Assembly: GCF_006345805.1 (NCBI RefSeq)
Contig: NC_043025.1
Coordinates: 1-64,000, forward strand
Source of the DNA: Octopus sinensis
Taxonomy: Eukaryota
Length of the DNA: 64,000 nt
Direction: 5' to 3'
Positions 39,160 to 53,354 of this stretch are shown piece by piece. The notes under the pieces were generated by a model. It was given only the letters and a program-made list of their open reading frames with translations, searched no databases and was not told where the DNA came from. Both the position numbers and the translations under genes were made by a program. How positions within the stretch are numbered: the first letter of the stretch is position 1; each line of letters opens with the position of its first letter.

Positions 39160-39546
39160 CTAGCAGTATCGCCCGGCGTTGCTCAGGTTTGTAAGGGAAA
39201 TAACTATAAAGCATTTTTAGAGAGTTATAGCCAAAAAATAGCAAAAAAATAGAAAAAAAATTATGGTAAATTTTTTTTTGAGAGTAAAAAAAGGTTGAGT
39301 TGCGTCCCCTAGACAGTCTGTGGTTTATTTTTTTTGATTCTCGACCCCATGTCGAATTTATCGATTTTTTTCAGAACTGGGGGAACTTTTCAAAATTTTC
39401 GCCGCGTTAGATTTGAATTATGACATTGGGCTATGTGTGTGTCAAGTTTCATCAGAATCGGTTGAAAGCCGTGGTCAGAGTGAGGGTACAAGCAAACAGA
39501 CACACAGAAACACGCACAGACAAACTGCCGTTTATATAGAGAGAGA
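39160..39546 (-). mobile_element. non-autonomous Helitron family 2 variant inside a 28-bp minisatellite
   Basis: CTAG and hairpin at the left, gtttatatagagagaga|t at the right; A^T target site. Confidence 0.8.
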
Positions 39547-39826
39547 TATGGAGAAAATATTATTTTATATTATATATGGAGAAAATATAATTTTATATTA
39601 TATATGGAGAAAATATAATTTTATATTATATATGGAGAAAATATTATTTTATATTATATATGGAGAAAATATTATTTTATATTATATATGGAGAAAATAT
39701 TATTTTATATTATATATGGAGAAAATATTATTTTATATTATATATGGAGAAAATATAATTTTATATTATATATGGAGAAAATATTATTTTATATTATATA
39801 TGGAGAAAATATTATTTTATATTATA

Positions 39827-40213
39827 CTAGCAGTATCGCCCGGCGTTGCTCAGGTTTGTAAGGGAAATAACTATAAAGCATTTTTAGAGAGTTATAGCCA
39901 AAAAATAGCAAAAAAATAGAAAAAAAATTATGGTAAATTTTTTTTTGAGAGTAAAAAAAGGTTGAGTTGCGTCCCCTAGACAGTCTGTGGTTTATTTTTT
40001 TTGATTCTCGACCCCATGTCGAATTTATCGATTTTTTTCAGAACTGGGGGAACTTTTCAAAATTTTCGCCGCGTTAGATTTGAATTATGACATTGGGCTA
40101 TGTGTGTGTCAAGTTTCATCAGAATCGGTTGAAAGCCGTGGTCAGAGTGAGGGTACAAGCAAACAGACACACAGAAACACGCACAGACAAACTGCCGTTT
40201 ATATAGAGAGAGA
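39827..40213 (-). mobile_element. duplicate of the 39160-39546 Helitron
   Basis: Essentially identical, offset by 667 bp. Confidence 0.8.
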
Positions 40214-40857
40214 TATGGAGAAAATTTTATTTTTGTATTATATATGGAGAAAATATAATTTTATATTATATATGGAGAAAATATAATTTTATATTATATA
40301 TGGAGAAAATATTATTTCATATTATATATGGAGAAAATATTATTTTATATTATATGGAGAAAATTTTATTTTTGTATTATATATGCAGAAAATATCGTTT
40401 TATAGCATAAAATATCATCAAAGACGATTCTTGGAGGCTCTTTTTCGATTTTCACTCAAAAGTTTGTTTCTGCTGTTCTATCTGTTCCATTACCAGTACT
40501 TGAACCTGGAAACATAATGAAAAGACAAAATATAAAAGTTTAAGCACATTAATTACCGGATAGTATGAATTTGTATATATATATATATATATATATGTTT
40601 ATTTCTTACTATTTGAACTGTTAGAGCTGTTTTCGCTATGTATCCAGTACAACCCTTAAACAAGTAAATAATATTTCCCTAAACAATAGATCAACGTATT
40701 TCAGTTTGTGACTTATTCACGAATATACCATGAATGACGATGCCTTTCATGTTACTTCAGCCAATTGACAAGCGCTGATGGAAGAACTGTTCTGCTTTGA
40801 GACAAATACACTGTCAACACAAATGTCACATCCTGTTTACATGTAGGAACACTTTCT

Positions 40858-41040
40858 TAAAATCTATCTGCACATCTTGAAAATGGCCAGCGTGTATATT
40901 TCACAGAAGACAATGCTCGAAACGTAGATCTGAATCCATGAGAAACTACTTCGACAGCGTTCTTCAAATTATGCCAATGTGATCTGTTTGCCCGAACACT
41001 GTTGTACGTAGAGATCCCCGTATACTCTACCTGGGCACAC
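40858..41040 (+). pseudogene. Helitron Rep/helicase coding relic
   Basis: Translates to LSAHLENGQRVYFTEDNARNVDLNP*ETTSTAFFKLCQCDLFARTLLYVEIPVYSTW, a conserved Helitron segment, with an in-frame stop. Confidence 0.8.
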
Positions 41041-42934
41041 AATATATATATGCACACATATATTTATTCATTTATATATTTTTTAAAATAATAAATAACA
41101 TGACCATCCCGAAATATGTATGTGTATATGTATATATATTTTTACATTTTCCCGAGCAATATATAATTTGTTACGGGATTTGACTAGTAAAAATGCTATT
41201 GTCTGTTTCGCGGCCTCTATTGTTGCATTTCCTCAATATTGACCACTACTTAGACATACTGACCGGATGCGCATAAACCTCTTTTATGCCGGAAATAGAT
41301 AGACATTATATTGATTTGGCAGTGGTAAAATGAAATGAATGGAAACGAAGTGAAAAAAATTATATCATTGTTCGGCAATGGGATGTGATTTATTCCTCTT
41401 TTATATCTCTTAGAGATGAGTTAAAGCGTATGAGCTGTGTGTGTATCTATCGATCCTAATTCAAAAATTAATATGATCACTTCGAACAAAATTAATTTTG
41501 GCTGAGGAAAATTATTTGCAGCATTGAATAATTTTCCTGAGTGAATTAAAGAAAGTACTGGAATTGTGTGAATTATTCTGCCCAGTAGAGTCTGCATCTT
41601 CTACTTCTATACAAAATAAGAAGAAAACATTTTTGCCCTCGGTTAATTGCTATAATTAAAAAGAAACTGAGCAAAGACAAACCGTTCCGTAGGGACAAGA
41701 AACGGAAAAGCGCAAAATAAAATGCTGATTTATTGAAATTATCCAAGCTTTGAGAAAATGTAAATAAATAGTTGTATGTAAGAGAGAGAGGGGGAGAGTC
41801 TGTGCGCTTGCGTGCACGCGTGGGTGTCCTAAGGTATCATCCGTTGTGGTTGATGATGACGACAACGACGAAGAGGATGGTATGGTGATTGATGAAGCTA
41901 ATTATGACGGTAATGGTGTTATAAAAATGAAGAAACACGATACTTACTTTCATCAAGCAAATTCATGTTGAGCAATGCCTGGAATTGGTTCAAACCTTGG
42001 GAGATATTGCGCCGCAGTTGACTTTGAACACTTAAAGAGATTAATTGTTTTGTTTCAATTATTTCTATATTCAAATATAGCTTAGGATTGGATCATCATA
42101 GGTAAAATAACCGCATTCAGTATGGTTGAGAACAGAATTAGTGAAGAAGGCTAAAACTACAAGCGGGTGACTAAAAGTTGGTGTTAAGAACATATTCGTC
42201 CAGTACCGTGGCTTGCCCTCTTTAGCATGTAAGAAATCCACATGGTGGTCTTCCCTCCGTGTATAAGTTTTTATATACATTTTATATATATATAATTACC
42301 TGGTTGGTTTTAAAATGTGTGTTAGCTACCTTCAATATATTATAATCTTCACATTGCCATTTTGGGAAATCAATCACTCATTTTTATGTCATTCTCAAAG
42401 ATATTGACAGGCGTGAGTTAACCTCCACCAGCCGTAATGGAGTGAGCATTGCTGATGAGTATTAACTTCTTATAAGAAATTACCATGCTAATCTAATCCA
42501 TCTGGCTTACCGTAGGGAATGTTGTCCCCCTCTGTCAATGTACCATATGTTTTTATGGCTAAGGTGTCTATGACTATAATTTAACACAATCACTGGTAAA
42601 AGTTTGCAAGACTCAACGAAAAGTTTTAGGAAAATAAAAATAAGAAATACGTTGAAATGTTACCGGTGAGTGTGTGGAATTATAAGGCACAAAAAGAAAA
42701 TGGCTCTCCCCAGAAAGAATATGCTTCAACAAACGAACTCATATAAAGAATCTTGCAAACCAAATCCCAAAACGAAATAGTCTATGACTAATATTTCTAA
42801 TAATGCTGGTGCTCACTGCACTCTTGTCACCTTTAGTGATTGTGAATTATTTCCCTGTTGGTCTTAAAATGCTGATAGCCGCCTTGATTTATATATACAC
42901 GCTCATATATATATATATATATATACATACATAC

Positions 42935-42994
<60 letters not shown>

Positions 42995-43064
42995 ACTTTC
43001 GTATATGTAAGTATATCGTATGTTGTATATGTATATATTTGTATTTATTTGCTTTTCTGAGTAT

Positions 43065-43123
43065 ATTCCACTGATGAAGGCAGAGCATTTCTTATGCAGA
43101 GTCAGAAATCCGGGATCTGGAAT
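43065..43123 (+). ncRNA. minimal type-I hammerhead-ribozyme-like motif
   Basis: attcca-CTGATGA-[weak stem II]-GAAA-TCCgGGA-TC-tggaat: 6-bp stem I, AUC triplet. Confidence 0.62.
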
Positions 43124-43331
43124 TATCCAGAAATGTTTGCTATTCTATTTTGTCTCTTCGTCTTCTCTCCTGGTGCTATATGAACATTTAATGTGGCTCT
43201 AGAGTCAAGATTTGACTGCTATTACCCTATATTATAATTTTAAATAATTGTTACCTTTGATGTTTTTTATTCCCATGCTGGCCACCTGATAAAATCGATA
43301 TTTAAATATTGATCTTATCCTTCTGTGTGTG

Positions 43332-43367
<36 letters not shown>

Positions 43368-43369
<2 letters not shown>

Positions 43370-46300
43370 TTGGCATCCTTTTTGTCTCAGGAGACAATGG
43401 AGTTGCGCATAAAATAGTCCAGTCCGGCTTTTATATTTCATATCCTGATACATTTCCTGCTGTGGCTGTGTAGTCCTATCCTGGACAAACACTCCCTCTG
43501 GCAGGTACCGCAAATATAGCGAAGACTGTTCCTGGCTGGTTGTAATGTCATAGTTTCTTGTTGACGTCTCTTCTTTTCTTTCCATTTCTCCTCTCTCTCT
43601 CTGTCACTCCTTTGTATTCCCTCTTTTACGGTACGTCGCCATTCTCCACGGTTGCCGGCAACTGCCTCCCAACCGCTAATATTGATGTTGCAGGCCTTCA
43701 TGTCCCTTTTGCAAACATCCTTGTAACGTAAGAGCGGTCTAACCACAGACCTAGTACCCCTAGCAAGCTCTCCGTAGAGTATGTCCTTGGGGATTCTGCC
43801 ATCTTTCATACGGCTAACATGCCCAAGCCATCTCATACGTCTTTGTGTGAGGAGTGCAAACATGCTTGGTATTCCTGCTTGCCTGAGGACATATTTGTTG
43901 GGGATATGATTCTGCCATTTGATGCGGAGGATTTTTCGGAGGCAGCGCAGGTGAAAGATGTTTAGGTGAGGCTCTTGGTGTGTGTATAGCGTCCAAGTCT
44001 CACTTCCATACAGTAGAGTGCTGAGTACACATGCCTGGTAGATCTTCATTTCCGTGGTCTTCATCAGCTTATTGTTGTCCCAAGCCCGTTTGGAGAGTTG
44101 GGCCATCGCAGCAGCTGCCTTTCCAATGCATATATTGAGCTCAGCGTCAAAGGATAGGTTGTAGGTGACGGTAGAGCCCAGATAGGTAAACTTCTCCACC
44201 TCTTGTAATCTGTGGTCTCCATATGTATGTTTGGGTGCCCGATGTAGCCTGACCCATGATGTTGGTCTTCTTAAGGCTGATAGCTAAGCCAAAGTCGTTA
44301 CATGCTTGCTCAAAACAGTCAATGAGCCTTTGGAGGGCTTCTTCTGTGTGTGATACCAGCAGCATCATCAGCAAATAGCATCTCCTTGATCAGGACGTTC
44401 TGATTGTTTTGGTCTTGGCACACAGGCGCGAGAGATTGAACAGTTTCCCGTCCTTCTACTGTTCAGAAACACTCCATCATCTGAATGTCTGAAAGTTTGT
44501 GATAGTAAGAGCGAGAAGAAAATGCCAAACAATGTAGGAGCGAGTGACATAACCTTGCTTTAACCCCATTTTTTATTTGGAAGGCGCTGATGTTGAACCG
44601 TTGTGCTGTATGGTGCCTTGCATGTCATCTGGAAAGACTTGATGATCCTCAGCAGCCTCGGTGGACATCGAGTTTTTGGAGCAGATGAAGAGGCCTGTTC
44701 TGCTTACCGAGTCAAAAGCCTTTGTTAGATCAATGAAGGCCATTATAATGGCATTTTCTGCTCTCTTTTATCTTCTCCTGAAGTTGGCGTACGGAGATAT
44801 CATATCGATAGTTGATCTGCTTTCTTCTAAAGCCACACTGCGATTCCGGATAGATACGAGGAGCAAGTAGTCGTAGCCTTGCCAGGATAACGCGGGCAAA
44901 GGTCTTTCTAACAGTGCTTAGAAGAGATATACCACGGTAATTGTTACAATCACCACGGTCACCTTTGTTTTTGTAAAGCGTATGTTTAGCATCCCGCATA
45001 TCCTGAGGGACTGTACCCTCTTCCCAGCACTGACACAGAAGCTCATGAAGATGCCGAAGCAGGATGGTGTGTTTTTGCCGGCTTTGATGATATCTGAGGG
45101 GATGCCGTCTTTTCGCGGAGGCCTTATTTCTTGCTATGGAGTCAACAGCCTTGGTGAGCTCTGCTATGGATGGCGGACTGTCAAGTTCGCACATGACTGG
45201 CAAGATCTTGACACTCTCGACTGCAGCCTCAGCCACTGTAGTCTCCCTGAGTAGAGATCCTGGTAGTGCTCCACCCATCTATCCATTTGCTTGCCTTGAT
45301 CCCTGATGAGATCTCCAGAGGGGCTGACTTGGTTGCGGATGGACCGAGGGCCTTCTTCAAACCTGTATACATCCCACAGGTGTCGCCACTGTCAGCAGCT
45401 GACTGGATATTCTGACAGATTTCCTGCCAATACCTATTTGCACACGCGTCTGGCTGTCAGTTTGGTTTTATTTCGTGCCTTTCAGAGTTCTTCGAGTGAC
45501 TTTGTAGAAGAATCACTCTTGTATTCCATCAGAGCTGCACGCTTTGCTTCGATAACTGGCTCCAGCTCTGAGAGCCCAGCATTGAACCAATCTGGGTTTT
45601 GACTTTCTCTCCATCTCATGCCGAAGTATCTATTGATGTCGTATACAAAGCTTCCCTGATATAGTTCCACCTACTTTCAGCAGAGGAGGTTGGGCAGCTA
45701 CTGAGGGCAACCTTGATAGAAGCAGCAAAACATTTTCGCAGTGTAGGTTCCGAGGTTCTGGCAGTTTAAAATGCGTGGTCGGCCGACTTTCTTGAAGCGA
45801 TGGACTTTTTAGGCAGAATCCTCACCCTACTTCTAATTAGTGAGTGTCTGTGTCACAATCCGCGCTGTGGTAACTGCGGGTCAATAGAGTAGAATTCAGA
45901 AAGGATCTCCGTGTAATGATGAGATCCGCGTGATGCCAGTGGTGAGATCTTGGATGTCTCCAAGATGCCTTGTGGGAAGACTTGTTGGTAAAGAATGTGT
46001 TTGTGATGCACAGGTTGTGGTATGTGCAGAATACGAGTAGTCTCTGACTATTGTCATTCATGTTGCCAATACCAAGTGTCCGACACAAATGGGCCACGAA
46101 TCATGGTCAGATCCCACGCGAGCGTTAAAATGCCCTAGAAGGTAGATATTTTCAGTCGTTGGTATTTTTCTATGACACAGTTTGAGATCTTGTAGACTGG
46201 TACTTGGTCTCCTCTGAGCTGTAGAGAGTGGGAGTAGAGATGCTGAGTAGATGTACTGAGCCAGAAGAAGTCGAGAGGCGCAGTGAGGGGATACGCTCAG

Positions 46301-47235
46301 TGACTCCTGATGGTGGTTCTATTGAGGAGAGTAATTAGTTTCTCGCTAAAAGCCATGCCATGCTGACGAGGTTCTTCTGGATCGCTTCCTGACAAAAGGA
46401 GGTGGAAATCCTGCTCTTTGAGTTTGCCGTTTCGAGGGGAGACTTGTCTCCTGCAGCCCAGCAATATCTATGTTGAGCCTCTTTAGTTCACGGTCAAGAT
46501 GGCCGTTTTCCTTGTGTCTTCAACCCTGAGTAGATCATCAGATATTCCAGGGCACATGGTCCTGACATTCCAACTTGCCAACCGCAACAACTGGTGTTTT
46601 CTTTGACTTTTAGTTGTTTTTGCCTGGTGCAGAGGTTGCAGGCCGCTTTTCAAGTCATACTTTTAGCTTCAAGCACCCATGAAGCAGGCGACCTGTGGCG
46701 GGTCAGCACCTTACTACTGGGGGCTGCCCAGCTTGAGGTGGGCAGTAGCTAACCAATAGGACACGGAGGTCCCCCCCACACCGTCAGAGGTAACCGTAGC
46801 GCCCATATTTTTACGCCAATCTGAATAGACTTATCACTCGTGACTGTTACCTCCCGTGTTGTTTCTGCGCTTTTTTAACAGCAGCACTGAAGTGTCCTCT
46901 CCAGTTTTGCGCAAGCCTGGGCTATAAGAAAAAGTCCTGGGTAGCCCATCGTCAGGTTTCCTCTCTCGACCTTGCTGATGTGTCCAAAGGAGTGCAGTCA
47001 TGCATTACGTTTGGCACAAGCTTGGTTGCAGGAGCTGCCGGAAGAGTGTCGAGTCGAACAGTAGACCGCCTTCGGGGCTCCACTCCGGATTTCTTTGAAG
47101 GTTGTTTCCGTTCCGTAACCCTGGATAGGGGCCCATACCGGGTACTGTCTGCCGGAGCCAGCTGAGCCCGGAACTCGTGTCAGGCAAGGTCGTCACTCCC
47201 TGAAGTAGTAAAGAAGTTCGCTACCCACTACCTTT
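43368..47235 (-). mobile_element. near full-length RTE-clade LINE (APE endonuclease + RT), decayed
   Basis: Endonuclease motifs WNVRT, LQET, GHFNARVG, LCITNTFF, SWRHPRS and SADCDTD. RT motifs YRGISLL, PESQCGFR, AFIDLTKAFDSV, GVKQG, FADDA, FTYLGS and VLSTLLYGSETW. Many stops and frameshifts. Ends approximate. Confidence 0.92.
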
Positions 47236-47306
47236 TCAAGTAATGTTAAATTATTATTAGATAATATATATATATATATATACAGGTATGTATGTGTATG
47301 TATATA

Positions 47307-47350
<44 letters not shown>

Positions 47351-48291
47351 GTTCTCTCTTTATCATTATGTGGTTTGTTTATCCTTTGTATAATAAAACA
47401 TTGATAAAAACACTTAAGCATTTCGTCGAAGGTACGAATTAGTATATTGTGGGGTCACAAGTACAACACTGTTGATTATGGTGACGTATATACGTGCGAT
47501 AAAATCGAATGTTTGGAACAAAACAAATAATTTGAATAAATGTGTTAGAAGCTTTTGCTTACCCAGGATATTCAACTCGGAATTTTCCAGTCACGGTTAA
47601 AAACTCATGCTCCATCTGCAAAAGCCAGATGTGTATATATATATATATGCATACATTAAATTCAAAAACAAAGTTTGATTTAAAAGCTTTGAGAAGTATA
47701 AAAGATACAGATAAGGAAATCATTTTACATATGTATTTGATGTGTTTAAGCTGATCAGGCTAAACAAATCGATATCACTATCTACGAAACGTATTGAGCT
47801 CACTCACTATTTAAATTGACGTTTTGCATTTCTTGTATAAAAAATGCATGTGTGTGTGTGTGTGTGTGTGTGAGTGTATGCATGTGTGCGCGTGTTCAGC
47901 GCGCGCGTGTGTGTGTGTTTCGGAGAAAGAGAGGGCAGATATCTACTCACGGCTCTTGATATGTTCTCAGCAGGTTTTTTATATTCGTTGAAAGATTTTA
48001 AAATCAACGAAATGCGAAGGATTTGGTCCAGCCTATGGATTGATATAGAAAAAATTGCTGTATTTATAATGAGACACACGTCATAGATGCACATAAACCC
48101 ACATACGTAGATAAAATACACGTTCATAATCACATATACACTTAAAAATACTATAAATAAATATATATATATACGACATACAGACTCAACATTAATACAT
48201 CTGCATCTACATGTATAAACACATATATAAATGCATGTTTGTACACATACAGTTCCATGTACTTATTATATATATATATATATATAATATA

Positions 48292-48662
48292 CACTTGCGT
48301 CAGAAATTAATTAGCACTTCTCAATTTCTACATTAAATAGGTTAAATTAATTAACCTATGAGCTGTTCAAAACGTCTTACGCGATGAGAAACTTATACGG
48401 TGATTTCGGTCCTTGCGAGGCGCTACTATATCTATTAACAAAGGAATTTGTCTGCATCAGCACTCCAAGTAGTTGTTGCACTGCTATGTCAACATCATAA
48501 GGCTGTAGACTCTCAAACTGCTCTGCAAACAAAGTTACGTCATCGTTCTGCGCAAAAGTGAACTCGCAACAAAGCAATAGTTCGAGATATGGCCACTAGG
48601 TGACAGCACATACCTTGAGTGAAGAGCAAATCAAGGGTGCTAATTAATTTCTGACAGTAGTG
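48292..48662. mobile_element. Tc1/mariner-type MITE
   Basis: 26-bp TIRs CACT...GTCAGAAATTAATTAGCAC (23/26), TA on both flanks, 371 bp. Confidence 0.78.
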
Positions 48663-49413
48663 TATATGTGTGTGTGTATATATATATGAACAATTTCAGT
48701 TAGAATGGTTGATTCTCACAATTTCGCTACCATATGACAAAGGCAAGAAATTCTGTCTTCTCTGCAATTCTGAGCTATTTTTCATTATTTTTTCTAAAAT
48801 ACTCTAGTAGCACGGTTATAGAGCAGCATACAGATGTAGCATGGCAGAAACATTTTAGTGCATATAAGTAGTCTCTATAATTATATATAATTCAAACTTT
48901 AATTTCCTTATATTTAACATTCACTATTATATCCCTACTCTTTCTGTTAGCTCTTATGAGTTATATCATATACGTTTTTTTAAACAATATTAATCGCGTT
49001 CTGTCTATCGCTACACAAATCCATCATTTTTTTGCTAAAATGTCTTATTGACAAGTTTCGCTCGCTTTTTCACTTCTGAAGAGAAGATTGCATTGTTTCA
49101 TTTATTCTTTTGAATAGTAACAGTGGAATTGTCGAAAATGTGTCGAAAGTAAAAATATTTGATTACACCTGCGTTAAACTCCATTTATTTATTCATATTT
49201 ATTCAAAATATTCAACGTAAACACGAAGTTTCTACCTTTATAAACAAGGAGTTACAACATCTTTACTTGCGAGATTTTTGCTACCCCGGTAACTATTTAT
49301 TTATTTTTTCCGTGTTAATCGTTAACAAGGTAAAAATACACTCATCTATTTATATATACATATATGTAAATCAGCCCACATTTGCATACATACGTAACAT
49401 ATATATATATATA

Positions 49414-49765
49414 CTAGCAGTATCGCCCGGCGTTGCTCAGGTTTGTAAGGGAAATAACTATAAAGCATTTTAGGGAGTTATAGCCAAAAAAATAGCAAAA
49501 AAATGATGGTAAATTTTTTTTTGAGTTAAAAAAGTTTGAGTTGCGTCCCCTAGACAGTCTGTGGTTTGTTTCTGATTCTCGACCCCATGTCGATTTTATC
49601 GATTTTTTTCAGAACTGGGGGAACTGCGTTAGTTTTGAATTATGACATTGGGCTATGTGGGTGTCAAGTTTCATCAGAATCGGTTGAAAGCCGTGGTCAG
49701 GGTGAGGGTACAAGCAAACAGACACACGAAACACGCACAGACAAACTGCCGTTTATATATAGAGA
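49414..49765 (-). mobile_element. non-autonomous Helitron family 2 variant
   Basis: Same termini as the 39.2 kb copies, with small internal deletions. Confidence 0.78.
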
Positions 49766-49829
49766 TATATATATATATAGTTTATATTCATATGTACATA
49801 CATAAAGTAAACATAGTATATATATATAT

Positions 49830-49882
<53 letters not shown>

Positions 49883-50342
49883 CATATATATATATATATA
49901 TACATATAAATATACATGTAGAACATTATTTTGCATCTATGTGCACGTACACGTATCCAATATAGGATTTCATTATAGGGACAGAGCTTTCTGTGAAACG
50001 ATCGTAAAAAGGTTTAAATATTTAATTCAAAACTTATAACTGTCATATACATTATATATTTATACGTATACATATATACATATATTTTTTATAAATATTT
50101 ATATTTATTTATTTATATATTTTTAATACAACCATTTTTTTTCACACGTGTATATCTTTCTGTGAAGTTTTCTGATTTGAATTCTTATATTAATAATAAC
50201 ATATTATTTAAAAATATTATAATCGCTCGCATTAAATATATAATACCTTAATAATATTACACTTTGATACAATAGAGCACTCAATATATATTCAGTATGT
50301 AATATTCTCATTGAATATATTTGACTAAAGATTCATATATAC

Positions 50343-50761
50343 TCTTTACTCTTTTTACTCTTTTACTTGTTTCAGTCATTTGACTGTTGCCATGCTGGAG
50401 CACCGCGTTTAGTCGAGCAAGTCGACCCCAGTACTTATTCTTTGTAAGCCTAGTATTTATTCTATCGGTCTCTTTTGCCGAACCGCTAAGTTACAGGGTC
50501 GTAAACACACCAGCATCGGTTGTCAAGCGATGTTGGAGGGGGGATAAAAAAAGACACAAACATACACACATGCACACAATAGATATATATACATATACAT
50601 TATAACGACAGGCTTCTTTCAGTTTCCGTCTACCAATCCACTCACAAGGCTTTGGTCGCCTGAGGTTATAGCAGAAGACACTTGCCCAAGGTACCACGCA
50701 GTGGGACTGAACCCGGGACCATATGGTTCGTAAGCAATCTACTTACCAACACACCCTACTA

Positions 50762-50816
<55 letters not shown>

Positions 50817-51400
50817 ATATACATATATATATGCCAACCATGCCCACACATGCAGACTATGTATTAGAATATGATTGTTCTTTCCAGCAACACAAAACCA
50901 TCCAATGGCCATTTTTATGGGTTTCGAAACAAAAAGCCTACAGTTACAAGGAAAATGACAATAATAAAAGCACAGTAAAATAGAACGCAAAAGAAATATC
51001 TAAAGCGGTTTTTATTAATTTGATTACCCTGTGTACGAGGGATACAATGTGTGCAAGGAAGAGGGATATTAGCGTTTGGAAGGAGAATCGCTTTCAATTG
51101 AAATTTCAGGAAGAACCTGCGTGGTACCTTGGGCAAGTGTCTTCTACTATAGCCTCGGACCGACCAAAACCTTGTGAGTGGATTTGGTAGACGGAAACTG
51201 AAAGAAGCCTGTCGTATATATGTATATGTATATATATATCTATGTGTGTGTATGTGTGTATATGTTTGTGTGTGTTTTTGTTCCCCCCCTCCAACATCGC
51301 TTGACAACCGATGCTGGTGTGTTTACGACCATGTAACTTAGCGGTTCGACAAAAGAGACCGATAGAATAAATACTAGGCTTACAAAGAATAAGTACTGGG
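50343..51400. mobile_element. two oppositely oriented SINE family A copies (~50343-50745 -, ~51120-51400 +)
   Basis: Same diagnostic sequence. Confidence 0.75.
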
Positions 51401-52325
51401 CCTTTTCTCTCTCGCGTCGCTTAATTTAGGCTTTTTGGACACAGTTTTTCTTCTGCACTTTTCACACTAGCAGGCCTTTTCATTTGAAATATAGCAAGAG
51501 AAGTCTGCTTTTTCCTGCCTTTTTATTCAGTCTTTAGTAGTTTTTTTCTGTGCTGCTCTGTAAATACTCGGCTAAGCTATTTTTGCATCTCTATACGTTC
51601 TTCTACTGCTATTAAGCATCTCCCAGTCTGGTCTTTCCTTAATTACAGTCGGTTGATATCTGCTTTCGGATGTTGAGCGGCACATTTTCAGCAACTGTTT
51701 TTTGTCAAAAATTTATTTATTTTGATTATTATTTCTCTTTATCAGAGGTTTTGTAGGAGTTCCTTGAGGCTTGCATTGTGGGAGTTCCTGGACACTTGCT
51801 CATTCTAATGTCGACCCTCCAGTTTGTGGCCAAAGCTTACTCTTGCGCTGCCAATATAGTGTTCTCGGTCTCTTTCTTTAGAATTCCTTTCATCAGCCAA
51901 CCCCACCTATTTTTTGTTATATGGAAATTCATTGTGTTCTCCCTTCTTGCGCCATTCTTCTTCATTTCTTTTTGTGTTTCTTCCTTCGGTTTTCCTGCTT
52001 TCAATACTCCCTCATTCCTAACTGTCACTAACAAGGTTTCCTTACTTTGGGTTCGGTATCTCATTAAGCCTTCGAGTTCGAAACGCACGCAGTTTCCCAC
52101 ACTTATCAGTCCCTTTTCTCCATTCGCTCTCTTCGTGTATCGGCGATCGAGGTCTGCATGTGGATGATGGGCTCCATACATCGTTAGAACCTTTCTTGAC
52201 TTCCTGTCCATCTCCTTTAGCTTCTCTGTCCACTTCAGTTTTCCAGCTTTCAAACCAATATTTTGCTCACTCGCCAAAAGTGCTCTCTTTTTCTCTTTTC
52301 CTTCATGTCGTGGTGTTTGATTCCA
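51400..52325 (-). mobile_element. degenerate R4/Dong-like LINE fragment
   Basis: MDRKSRKVLTMYGAHHPHADLDRRYTKRANGEKGLISV and ETENTILAAQE. Confidence 0.72.
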
Positions 52326-53147
52326 TCTGTGTGTGTGTGTGAGTGTGAGTGAGAGAGAGAGAGGGAGTGTGTGTGTGTGTGGGGGGGGCATTGTAAGCGA
52401 TGAATGAAATGAACATGAAATGAAAAAATCGTGTAAATGAAAGGACATAATAAACGGAATAATATAGGTTTCAAATATTGGTACGTGACCAGCAGATTTG
52501 GTGTAGGGGGTTAAGTTGATTACATTGACCCAGAGCTCAACTTGCGCTTATTTTATCGACACAGAAATTATGAAAAGCAAAGTCAATCTTGGCGGAATTT
52601 GAACTCAGAACGTAAAGACAGACGAAGTACTGCAAAGCATTTCTCCCGCTCTGCTAACGATTCTGCCAGCTTACCGCCTAATTTAAGGATTAATAGTGAT
52701 AAGTTTTCATAATGGTCTAATGAGAAATTGAAATCATCACATCACTAAATGCATATGAAAATCTATTCAATTTGACAGTGCCATAATAACATTTGAGAGA
52801 AGTAAATTGCTTATATTCTATGACAAACAGATATGTAGGGTATGTCATTGAATATTTGAAGATTCTACAACCACCGCTCCAACGTAATGTATGCAAATAG
52901 GTATGTACCAGTAATATCCCTGTTGTTATTTCTGCTTCTCTCTCTACTCAGCCTGTCTGCAGAATGTTTACGAAAACGTGCTTTTAACGATATTACAATA
53001 ATGAACTCAACCCTCCAAAGTAATAAATTCTTTCATAACGTTTCCATAAATGAGTCAAATGATTTGCCGTTGAACGAGATGGACACATTCCTGGAGGACT
53101 CAAACGGGAGAATAGGTTGCATTACCTTTTGAAAATCATTGTAATTA

Positions 53148-53183
<36 letters not shown>

Positions 53184-53354
53184 ACAGTCATAATGGAACA
53201 GACATAGAAAGACATACACATACACACTCACCCCACCCCCCCACCACCAGAGTGGTCGTATTTAACAGACAGAAAGTCACTCACAAAATTACTTCTTCTC
53301 ATCCTGCTACTTCTACTACTGTAAAAGTCATTTAAAAATAATTTGCTCGCTCAC

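Larger units (their letters stand above)
39005..40400. repeat. 28-bp minisatellite (tattatatatggagaaaatattatttta) interrupted by two Helitrons
   Basis: Arrays at ~39005-39158, 39547-39825 and 40214-40400. Confidence 0.9.

Noticed and set aside
40456-40505. Possible terminal exon of the HRM gene (GSSTGNGTDRTAETNF*)
   Set aside because: It has a good acceptor and compatible phase, but no homology or other support; mentioned only as a possibility.
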